In this document: piece by piece, positions 27,215-35,432 of the stretch
Position numbering within the stretch: the stretch's first letter is position 1
Layout: every line of letters begins with the position of its first letter
Assembly (NCBI GenBank): GCA_050178385.1
Contig: JBFXGD010000008.1
Location: forward strand, 1-46,655
Length of the DNA: 46,655 bases
Direction of reading: 5' to 3'
Origin: Calditrichaceae bacterium
Lineage (GTDB): Bacteria > Calditrichota > Calditrichia > Calditrichales > JBFXGD01
Program-made: the position numbers and the translations under genes
Notes under the pieces: model-generated
What the model was told of the DNA's origin: nothing
Database searches by the model: none
What the model saw: only the letters and a program-made list of their open reading frames with translations

Positions 27215-27901
27215 TTAAGTTAGATAAAAAATGATCATGCCTATTATCCCGCCGATTAATAGAACAAGCTGACTGTTCTTGCTTTTGTAAAGCGGCAGTA
27301 CAAGCCCTGCACCGGCCCCCAGCACAGCCCATTCAGTATATTTTGCATATTCATTAAAGATTACCGGGACCGAACTGACAAATTTACCTGATAAATTATA
27401 ACCTATATATAGTGTTATAAATATAAAGACGAAAAAAATTGCTACATTACTGATCAAGGACAATAAGTTCAATCGCCACAATATTCCCAACTGACCTTCT
27501 TCTGCTTTGCGGAAAGCATAATTTAAAAGAGTTACATTCCAGTTTCTTATGAGGGTTACCATCTCGGAGCCGAGATAACTTAGTCCAACCCCGTAAAGAA
27601 CTGAAAGCAGGATGATCAAATTTGAATACCCGGGAAATTTTTCATCAAGCAGGATCGCCATAGCCACCGCTACAATCGAGCCAATATTTCCCGCGGGTAC
27701 GGATGCCGCTCCAACCGGCAAATTTCCTACCCACAAAAGCTGAAGCAAAAAACCAATGTGCAGCCCGAGTTCGATATTTCCTGAAAACCATCCGATGATC
27801 GTTCCGGCTATAATTGGTTGTGAAACCAGCATCTGAAATGCGATTGTGGTATCTAAATATAGGAACGCACCCAGCAAACTGACTGAAATAAGTTCTGCCA
27901 T
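27215..27901 (-). CDS. PTS mannose/fructose/sorbose family IIC component
   Basis: SQPIIAGTIIG, LQLLWVGNLPVGAASVP; multiple transmembrane segments; adjacent to IID. Confidence 0.85.
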   Translation of the reverse strand: MAELISVSLLGAFLYLDTTIAFQMLVSQPIIAGTIIGWFSGNIELGLHIGFLLQLLWVGNLPVGAASVPAGNIGSIVAVAMAILLDEKFPGYSNLIILLSVLYGVGLSYLGSEMVTLIRNWNVTLLNYAFRKAEEGQLGILWRLNLLSLISNVAIFFVFIFITLYIGYNLSGKFVSSVPVIFNEYAKYTEWAVLGAGAGLVLPLYKSKNSQLVLLIGGIIGMIIFYLT

Positions 27902-28030
27902 CAGAAAAAATCCCCGGCCCGGTATGAATTTGAAAATATCTGTCTAATGATTAAAATTACCTGATCCTTCGATTTCTCTAAATTGTTTTACAGTAATAGT
28001 TGATCAGGGAACTATCAATGTTCACATTGA

Positions 28031-30892
28031 TTAATTAATCCCGGTGTATAGTTTTACCGGAATTACATCCCTGTATTGCTTTTTCCCATAACTGTCAATC
28101 CAGATTTCACCAAACAAGTAGAATCCGTCCGGCGCGACGGGAATCGTCCCCTTTATAGAAAAATTAACGCTTTTTTTGTGCAAAGGGTAAAAATCATACT
28201 GGTCGCCGGATAGCTTGATTTTAGTTAAAAAATAATAGGATTCTTTCAACTCAATATTCCAGTTTTTAGAATTTTTATCTGCAAAAGCCGGAATAAGTTC
28301 GAGCGTATAGCTGCCAGAGACCGGCGGATCAAATTTAATTGTATTTTTTCTATAACTAAGACCATCCTGAACCAGCGCTTTTCCGGAATTGTCTTTTATA
28401 TTTATGGCAAAATCCGTGAACATATTAAATACTTCGGGTTCCATTGCCAATTCAAAAACAACTTTTTCATAATCGTCGTTCACATTGAAAGTATATATGT
28501 AATTATCTGATTCTCTTTCGATATATTGAACATTCTGATACCCGCTTAGGTTTCCGCTTATCCGCGCTTCCGCCTTTTGATTATAGTGATTAAGAATTTC
28601 AAATTCTCCGGTTGGATCGGTTCCATTCCTGATACTGACAGATGAGATTGTTTCGGGGAAAGATTCCAGTCCTGAAAAAGCAATGTCCAGCCTTACAGAA
28701 GAACTTTTTTCATTACTAAACGGGGCATATAAATCTAGTTCCCAAATACCGGGTTCCAACGAACTGCCCGAAAGCCGAAGTGTTTGTTCGTCTCTTATTC
28801 TGGAATCAATACGCAGGTGTTCGCTCTGTTCCCGGCCTTCGGGATCAAACAAATATCCGATAATATTTGCATATTTTGAATTGATATTCTCCAAATTTAT
28901 CGTCGCCGAGGAAGCCATAAGCGGTATTTTGATAAAGAACCTTTCAACATTCCCGGATTCAATATTAATTTCCGGAGAAGTCCAGCTATGATTATTATCC
29001 TCATCAAAAGTTAATGGAACCACAATGGAGCAGTATAAATCGAATTCTTTGTTAACGGGATTATTTCCACTAAATGCCCCTCCCTTACGGTAAGCATTAA
29101 TCCTGCCGCTATACAATCCCGGTTTTTGTAAGTGACTTTTGTCAAAATACACATCTACTGTCGCTGCCTGAGATCCTTTAATGTATATACTTTTTTGATT
29201 CACTTTAATCCATGGCTGATCGGGTACCAGATTGAATGCCCTGTAAAAATCGTTTTGTTCATCCGCTGTCATGGGTTCCGGAAAAACGGGATTTATATAA
29301 AACTTTTGTTTATCCGTATCCGTCGGGATGTATGTTCCTGTCCTCCAGTAAGCTGCCGGCCCTGATTCTCCTTCAATTGACGGGCATACAGTACTGATTT
29401 CGTACCCATCAATCTGTGAATCTGCCTGGTTTTCCATGTATCGTTTATAATAATCGAATGCTTTTGGTATATTAATTACTCCACTGCCCTGATCAAGTGG
29501 TGTATAATTGGAAAGAAAATCAGCAGAATTTTTAAGGGCTTTTTTGATGGCCGCTCCGTTTATCGCCATGGAAGGATTTTGCTGATATGCGGCTGACATG
29601 ATAAGTGCCACCGCGCCTGCGGCCTGAGGAGATGCCATGCTTGTTCCCCATTTATTTTCAGATGTCGAATATGGCGGGACTGTGGCCGACGCGGCTCCGG
29701 GGGCAATGAGGTCAGGCTTATTTAATTCTCCTCCACGTGAGCTGAATATGAATATCTTGTCATCTTTCAAATCTGATCTGTACACATCCCGCGCGCTCTC
29801 TTTTGTGTTCAGCGCTCCGACCGTCAAAACCCTTTCTGCAGCCGCGGGGAGTCCTATAGTGGATATTCCCGGTCCCTCGTTTCCCGCGCTCAGGCAAAAC
29901 AGAAGTTTTTCATTCTCCCTGAGAAGGTCATTTAGGATATATTCCATATCGGCATGCCCTTCTATCTCAGATCCTATACCGAAGCTCATATTAAACACTA
30001 CCGGTCCATCATAGTGTTTGGCAAATTCCACACCGTACTCATAGGCTTTAATCATGCTTCCTGTGCGAGTGGATCCGCCGGCAAGTGTCCCATCACCAAG
30101 TTTCAGACTTATTATTTTTGCACCGGGCGCGACACCGTTTAATCCTTCCTGGCCGTTAATTTTATAACCCGTGGCAATCCCGGCCACATGTGTTCCATGA
30201 CTGGAGCCGTCGTAATGAAAATTTACCCGCAGCTCATCCGGAAAAATATTAAGCGCGAATGTTGCAAGGTTTTTCCATTTTTCAGAATCCCGCCCTTTAA
30301 ACTGAAATGACTGATAACTTTCCTTATAATTCCTTATGGGAAACTCATCATCAATATTTCCGTCTGCATCGAGATCAATATATGCCTGCCATCCGTTTGA
30401 TCCGTTAATAACAAGAACTCCAAATTGCTGATCAGTCTCACCATTATTATTAATATCAGGTAAGACAGTATTTTTGAATCGCTCTTCATCAAGCACACCA
30501 ACATAATAAACGGAATCTACCGGTTGATCCTCTAATTTTTCAAAACCGTATAATCTGTGTCCATCCGGATGTATTAAATAACTTTCATTATCCTGAATAC
30601 CCTTATCAGCCTGTTCCAGAAAAACATCGCCTTCACCGGTAAAATCCTGCGCGTCGATAACTTTAACATTCCCATCAGGTGTTTCTTTCAGACCTGCAAC
30701 TCCCATATCCACACCTGTATCTAAGATGATAACTACTACATTCTTTCCATTATATTCGGGATGCATTTTAATAAACTCAGATGCTCCGGTTCGTGTTACA
30801 TTGAGAAAACTCCAGTCTTCTCCCTGAACAAGAGATATGAATATTAAGATAAGGAATATACTTACCCAATTTATAAAACGAGATGTAAACAT
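28031..30892 (-). CDS. Secreted S8 subtilase, tripeptidyl-peptidase II-like
   Basis: Signal peptide; triad ILDTGVD / SHGTHVAGI / GTSMASP; TPP-II-like N-terminus (GASEFIKMHPEYNGKNV...KVIDAQDFTGEGDV) and long insert between the Asp and His motifs. Confidence 0.85.
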   Translation of the reverse strand: MFTSRFINWVSIFLILIFISLVQGEDWSFLNVTRTGASEFIKMHPEYNGKNVVVIILDTGVDMGVAGLKETPDGNVKVIDAQDFTGEGDVFLEQADKGIQDNESYLIHPDGHRLYGFEKLEDQPVDSVYYVGVLDEERFKNTVLPDINNNGETDQQFGVLVINGSNGWQAYIDLDADGNIDDEFPIRNYKESYQSFQFKGRDSEKWKNLATFALNIFPDELRVNFHYDGSSHGTHVAGIATGYKINGQEGLNGVAPGAKIISLKLGDGTLAGGSTRTGSMIKAYEYGVEFAKHYDGPVVFNMSFGIGSEIEGHADMEYILNDLLRENEKLLFCLSAGNEGPGISTIGLPAAAERVLTVGALNTKESARDVYRSDLKDDKIFIFSSRGGELNKPDLIAPGAASATVPPYSTSENKWGTSMASPQAAGAVALIMSAAYQQNPSMAINGAAIKKALKNSADFLSNYTPLDQGSGVINIPKAFDYYKRYMENQADSQIDGYEISTVCPSIEGESGPAAYWRTGTYIPTDTDKQKFYINPVFPEPMTADEQNDFYRAFNLVPDQPWIKVNQKSIYIKGSQAATVDVYFDKSHLQKPGLYSGRINAYRKGGAFSGNNPVNKEFDLYCSIVVPLTFDEDNNHSWTSPEINIESGNVERFFIKIPLMASSATINLENINSKYANIIGYLFDPEGREQSEHLRIDSRIRDEQTLRLSGSSLEPGIWELDLYAPFSNEKSSSVRLDIAFSGLESFPETISSVSIRNGTDPTGEFEILNHYNQKAEARISGNLSGYQNVQYIERESDNYIYTFNVNDDYEKVVFELAMEPEVFNMFTDFAINIKDNSGKALVQDGLSYRKNTIKFDPPVSGSYTLELIPAFADKNSKNWNIELKESYYFLTKIKLSGDQYDFYPLHKKSVNFSIKGTIPVAPDGFYLFGEIWIDSYGKKQYRDVIPVKLYTGIN

Positions 30893-31074
30893 AGGGGATT
30901 CCCGTAATTATTTGACCATTTTAAATTAAAATAACATTGTGGGGGAACGATCGGAAGAGGGTTGTTTAATGGCATTCGAAATCCATTTCCAATATCAAAT
31001 TTTTGATTTGATTATGAAGATTCATCACAATATACAATACGGAAAAATGTAATTCAACCGGGAAGTCAGCATTG

Positions 31075-31983
31075 TTATTTGTTCTGCTTGCCTGCATGCG
31101 CTAGTTCTTTGCTCAGGAAGGAGCTATCCATATCCATTACACAACGGAATCCGAGAAAATCAAATTGGCAGCTAGGATCAAACCAGGTCCGGTATGTCAC
31201 TCTTAAATAATCACCGCTGCGATTCCATGATGATCCGCGGATAACTTTATATCTTCCCTGATCGGCGCCATTTGGGTTCTGTTGATTAGATGTCTGAAAA
31301 TATTTTTCATCGTACCAATCAGCGCACCATTCGGTTACATTACCAATCATATCATATATTCCGAATCCATTCGGTACAAATGAACCGACCGGCGCTGAAT
31401 TTATATATCCGTCATAATATCCTTCAACGACAGGATAAAAAAATTTGACTTTTTTCATCGTTTCATCAGCAACATTGCCAAAATTACGACGATATTGGCT
31501 TGTTTTATCAGAATTATCTTCCCGAATATTTCCCGCTGCCCGGGCGGCAAACTCCCACTCCGCTTCTGTAGGCAGTCTTTTACCCGCCCATTTGGCATAA
31601 TTATTCGCTTGTCCCCAGGTTACATTCACTACCGGGTGATTCTCCTTATTCCATTCCGGCTGAACGGGCATTTTGCTTCCTGTGGCAATACAATATTCTC
31701 TGAATTGCGAGACAGTGACTTCATGGATGTCCATATAAAAAGGATTAAGATATACAGAATGCACGGGAGATTCATTACTTTTTTCCGTGCTTCCCATATC
31801 AAACCACCCTCCGCGAATATAGGACATTCCTTCAACAGCCTGGTATTCGCCGCCACCTTCAGAACCAATTGTTTTATCCGGGTTATGTTCATTCATCCTG
31901 AAAATCTCAAGGCTGACTGAGCATGAAACCAGCATCAGAAATGGCAAAAACAGAACTAAAACAAGAAAACGTTTCATATGCAA
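31075..31983 (-). CDS. FGE-sulfatase (SUMF1-like) domain lipoprotein
   Basis: Lipobox LVSC; HPVVNVTW, RLPTEAEWEFAAR, GIYDMIGNVTEW, RGSSW, LGFRC; lacks the catalytic Cys pair of true FGE. Confidence 0.85.
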   Translation of the reverse strand: MHMKRFLVLVLFLPFLMLVSCSVSLEIFRMNEHNPDKTIGSEGGGEYQAVEGMSYIRGGWFDMGSTEKSNESPVHSVYLNPFYMDIHEVTVSQFREYCIATGSKMPVQPEWNKENHPVVNVTWGQANNYAKWAGKRLPTEAEWEFAARAAGNIREDNSDKTSQYRRNFGNVADETMKKVKFFYPVVEGYYDGYINSAPVGSFVPNGFGIYDMIGNVTEWCADWYDEKYFQTSNQQNPNGADQGRYKVIRGSSWNRSGDYLRVTYRTWFDPSCQFDFLGFRCVMDMDSSFLSKELAHAGKQNK

Positions 31984-32263
31984 ATAAATTCAGTTAATAG
32001 TGATTTTATTGACGAGCAAACATTTTTTAAGTATCGTCAGAAATATATGCCATCTTTATTAATTTCACAAAAAAATCATCATAATCAAGAATATTTTATT
32101 TTTAGATACGCGCAAAGAGAATATAATGAGGTGTGGAATTAAAGTTCATTTTTCAGGTAAAATGATACAATCAGCAGCAAAAGGGGAAAATTTCTCAACA
32201 TGCGCTGACAATATTCTGAAAAAGAACAGAGTGCAATTATATCCATTCGAAAATTTAATCATT

Positions 32264-32306
32264 AAAAAAGGGGATTTGTTATCCGGCGGGTGGACAACAA
32301 ATCCCC
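32264..32306 (-). terminator. Rho-independent terminator after cas6
   Basis: GGGGATTTGTT...AACAAATCCCC stem followed by U6 on the minus strand. Confidence 0.8.
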
Positions 32307-32337
32307 AAAAGAAGGAATTAAGAACTAGCACACCTTA

Positions 32338-33186
32338 TCAATTATTTATGGTAGCATTAATTGGGGCCATTGTTCTGTTTTTTCGGCCTCTGGAAGGATG
32401 GACGGTTTCCAGCATACCGAAACCTAGATCGTTCAGCTGTCCAAGACCAAGATCATATATAAGTTGCAAAACTTCAGGGTCGGCTTTAATATGAATTGGT
32501 GCCAGTATCCCCCGAATCTGCTCAGGCGCATCTTTTGAATTTTCGAGAGTAATGACTTTGGTGATTCTATTATTCTTTCTTCGAATATATTCTCTGTCAA
32601 ACTCAAGATTTAACCTGATATTGCTCTTCTTCTGTTTATTAATCAGGTTATATTTATATATGAGATCTTTTTCAATGTAATCAAGGTACTCTTCTTCTCC
32701 CGGCAGTAAATATCCGCCGTTGAATTGATACATAGCCCTGTGTCTGTTGTTAAATCTCTGACGATATACCGCCACCGGTGACAGACAAGTAAATTGCGCT
32801 TCCGCTTCTTTAAATTCGGGTGACGGAATGAATTCAATCCCCCCCACATCAAACCAGGCATTTTTTATTTTAATTTTCCCCCTGTCCCGTAGTTCTTTGG
32901 CAATGAGTCCGAGAAATTGATAATAGGGAGAAGAAATATACCAGTAAAATTCACCCGACAAGATACCAATCTGAAAATCCTTAATCTCGCGTTCCGGTAT
33001 GATTAACTGTGAGAAAGTATACATATCGAACTTTGGGCGCTCTCCATCGATTCCCGGGAGCAATGAGTTAAGATACCGGCGATACTCAAATGTGAGCTGA
33101 TTTATCAGTTTTACAAGATAATAGTTTGTGTTGATAGGCAAAAAGGTCCGGGACCGTTTATTCTTGAATGTGATCTTAATTCGCAT
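32338..33186 (-). CDS. cas6: Stand-alone Cas6-family RAMP protein, probably catalytically degenerate
   Basis: MRIKITF, LPIN, YTFSQL, YISSP, CLSPV, LIYDLGLGQLNDLGFGM (G-rich loop); likely start 33186 (GAGAG 6 nt upstream); ORF track start 33204. Confidence 0.85.
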   Translation of the reverse strand: MRIKITFKNKRSRTFLPINTNYYLVKLINQLTFEYRRYLNSLLPGIDGERPKFDMYTFSQLIIPEREIKDFQIGILSGEFYWYISSPYYQFLGLIAKELRDRGKIKIKNAWFDVGGIEFIPSPEFKEAEAQFTCLSPVAVYRQRFNNRHRAMYQFNGGYLLPGEEEYLDYIEKDLIYKYNLINKQKKSNIRLNLEFDREYIRRKNNRITKVITLENSKDAPEQIRGILAPIHIKADPEVLQLIYDLGLGQLNDLGFGMLETVHPSRGRKNRTMAPINATINN

Positions 33187-33235
33187 AAGCATCTCTCGTT
33201 TCACTGAAGATTAAATTAATTTTATGATGTTAATA

Positions 33236-33253
33236 TTGCAATGAATGTGCCAA
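33236..33253 (-). promoter_or_regulatory. sigma-54 (-24/-12) promoter of cas6
   Basis: Minus strand TTGGCACATTCATTGCAA matches TGGCAC-N5-TTGC exactly, 50 nt upstream of the start. Confidence 0.85.
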
Positions 33254-33280
33254 GTTTTCCAATTCGCACAAAAACCAGTC

Positions 33281-33293
33281 CAATATATTGATT
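33281..33293 (-). promoter_or_regulatory. IHF-binding site between enhancer and sigma-54 promoter
   Basis: Minus strand AATCAATATATTG matches WATCAANNNNTTR. Confidence 0.6.
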
Positions 33294-33340
33294 TTTAAAG
33301 AATTACGCCAGAGATAAGTGAAGTATGAAGAAATATAAAA

Positions 33341-33388
33341 GTGGGGATATTCTCCCCACCACGAAAATTCACAAGGGAATATTTCCCT
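33341..33388. promoter_or_regulatory. Tandem palindromes: putative enhancer (UAS) sites; the first may double as the mrp terminator
   Basis: GTGGGGATATTCTCCCCAC (33341-33359) and AGGGAATATTTCCCT (33374-33388); shared core GGGA-N5-TCCC; centres 31 bp apart. Confidence 0.55.
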
Positions 33389-33389
33389 G

Positions 33390-34433
33390 TTATTTGTTTA
33401 ATAGCTGATCTTTTACATTCCTGGCAATATCTATAAACGCCTTTGTCTGAGGGCTTTCGCTATCACCTGCGACGATCGGTACACCCTCATCGCCACCGGC
33501 GCGGATAGCCGCGTCTATTGGTATTTCACCCAATAACGGGGTACCGAGTTTTTCACATTCTTTTTTAACGCCACCATAAGAAAAGATTTCAGTCCTTTCC
33601 CCGCAATTGGAACACACAAAATAACTCATATTTTCGATGATCCCGAGTATCGGCACATTCACTTTCCTGAACATTTGCACGCCTTTAACAGCATCGAGCA
33701 GCGCCACATCCTGAGGTGTCGATACAATGACTGCTCCATCAAGCGCGACGGACTGAGAAAGGGTCAACTGGGCATCTCCCGTTCCGGGAGGCATATCGAA
33801 TAGCATGACATCGAGTTCCGGCCAGGCCACATCATTCATTAACTGCTGTAACGCTCTGTGAACAAGCGCGCCACGCCAGATAACTGCATCATTATTATCT
33901 ACGAGAAAACCAAGCGACATCAGCTGTACACCGAATTTCTCGATCGGATAAATCTTCGTCCCGTCGTAATAAGGCTGTTCTTCCACCCCGAACATAAGCG
34001 GGATGCTAGGACCGTAAATGTCCGCATCAAGTAAACCGACAGACAGTCCTTCCTTCGCAAGAGCAACAGCCAGGTTAACCGCCACCGTAGATTTCCCGAC
34101 CCCGCCTTTACCGCTGGCAACCGCAACCTTATACTTCACGGATGGCAGGAAGGTCGTTTTTTGCTGAGCAGAAGTATGGAATTGAGGTGGTTCCTGGTTT
34201 TCCTGTAGGACAGTTACTGTATAGTCTTTGTATTTTTCGGAAAAAACCTTTTTAATCTCAGATTCGATATCCTTCCCTACGGATGTATCCTTAGATTTTA
34301 TGAGTAATTTTACTGTAATCAGATTGTCTTTAATTTCAATCGCATTAATAATACCAAAAGACACAATATCCCTGCTGAATCCCGGATATTTTATCTCTTT
34401 AAGTGTTTCAACAACCATATCTTTATTTACCAT
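33390..34433 (-). CDS. apbC: Mrp/NBP35 (ApbC) Fe-S cluster carrier ATPase
   Basis: N-terminal DUF59-like domain, SGKGGVGKST, DADIYGPS, DMPPGTGD, ENMSYFVCSNC. Confidence 0.93.
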   Translation of the reverse strand: MVNKDMVVETLKEIKYPGFSRDIVSFGIINAIEIKDNLITVKLLIKSKDTSVGKDIESEIKKVFSEKYKDYTVTVLQENQEPPQFHTSAQQKTTFLPSVKYKVAVASGKGGVGKSTVAVNLAVALAKEGLSVGLLDADIYGPSIPLMFGVEEQPYYDGTKIYPIEKFGVQLMSLGFLVDNNDAVIWRGALVHRALQQLMNDVAWPELDVMLFDMPPGTGDAQLTLSQSVALDGAVIVSTPQDVALLDAVKGVQMFRKVNVPILGIIENMSYFVCSNCGERTEIFSYGGVKKECEKLGTPLLGEIPIDAAIRAGGDEGVPIVAGDSESPQTKAFIDIARNVKDQLLNK

Positions 34434-34651
34434 TTGCTTCTCCTTACGGTCCTAAATTTAAAACTTAAAATATAATGTAAGCACACCTGTCATTTTTTGA
34501 TGCAATTATTGACAGAATGTAACAAAAATAATTTAATTTCCAGTTAATACACTGGCATCCCACTATACTTCCGGGATAGATTGGCAGTGATAATTGAGGC
34601 GGATAGTAAAAACTTTATCATGTTCGATTAACAATGTTGACTGATTTTATG

Positions 34652-35314
34652 TTATATAACCACTTCCAGGTCTAAAACCGAATCGGTTTCAAGGTCCAGT
34701 GAAACCACCTTGACCTTGTCTAATTCTATATCGTTGATTAATGTCAGTTCAACTTTGAAGTTTTTATGCTCAACATCCTTGGATATTAATTTACCCATGC
34801 CATTAATAACACCGGACTTTTCTCTATCGTAATAACTTATTAAAATGGATTCATTCAAATCCAGCGCATCAAGAATTTGCAATAATTCATCAACGTTTTT
34901 CTTCTCATCGATGATGAGTTCGTCGAGATCTTCCTCGATACTCATAATATCGCCGTCTTTATATTTGAAATCAATTGTGCCGCCTCCACCCTTCAGGTAA
35001 ATCAGCCGATTATCCATGTCCTGCTTGATGCTTCGCTCGACATTGACTACCCTACCGGTAAAGTACTCATTCCGAATGTCCAGAATCTGGACTGTAATCG
35101 GAGACTCTTCAGGAGTTCCATCGTATTCAACTCTTCTGATGTTAACCTTTTTGTTACTGCCAATCTTCTCTACAAGTTTTCTGACTTCATCCGGAGGAAG
35201 AGCGCCGGGACGGTGTTTAAGATGTTTTTTTGATTTAAATATTTTGATAAAGAAACGTGCATTACGGTCACTGTCAAAAAACCAGTTTCTTTCATCTGAT
35301 TTATATGTATTCAT
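34652..35314 (-). CDS. Hypothetical protein with two tandem beta-rich (SH3/YolD/WYL-like?) modules
   Basis: 220-aa ORF with strong RBS (AAGGAGGG); fold assignment is by eye only. Confidence 0.6.
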   Translation of the reverse strand: MNTYKSDERNWFFDSDRNARFFIKIFKSKKHLKHRPGALPPDEVRKLVEKIGSNKKVNIRRVEYDGTPEESPITVQILDIRNEYFTGRVVNVERSIKQDMDNRLIYLKGGGGTIDFKYKDGDIMSIEEDLDELIIDEKKNVDELLQILDALDLNESILISYYDREKSGVINGMGKLISKDVEHKNFKVELTLINDIELDKVKVVSLDLETDSVLDLEVVI

Positions 35315-35432
35315 GCACCCTCCTTAAAAATAGCTTTTTTTTGCAACTATAATAGAAATTAAAGCCCAAACCTCATAAAATCAAGATTTTAAACTTATTC
35401 CTCCTGAATATTGAATAAAATTCTACTTTGTC

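Noticed and set aside
31075..31200. FGE-type C-terminus as a diversity-generating retroelement target
   Set aside because: No reverse transcriptase or template repeat seen in the window
32126..32494. ORFs 32126..32494 (+) and 32146..32331 (-)
   Set aside because: They overlap the cas6 3' end or its terminator and regulatory DNA; no recognisable motifs
31984..33389. CRISPR array or mini-array next to cas6
   Set aside because: No regularly spaced 25-40 nt direct repeats found by eye on either flank or elsewhere; only a terminator and short palindromes
34581..34598. TTGGCAGTGATAATTG as a sigma-54 promoter
   Set aside because: No GC at -12 and it points on the plus strand toward no gene
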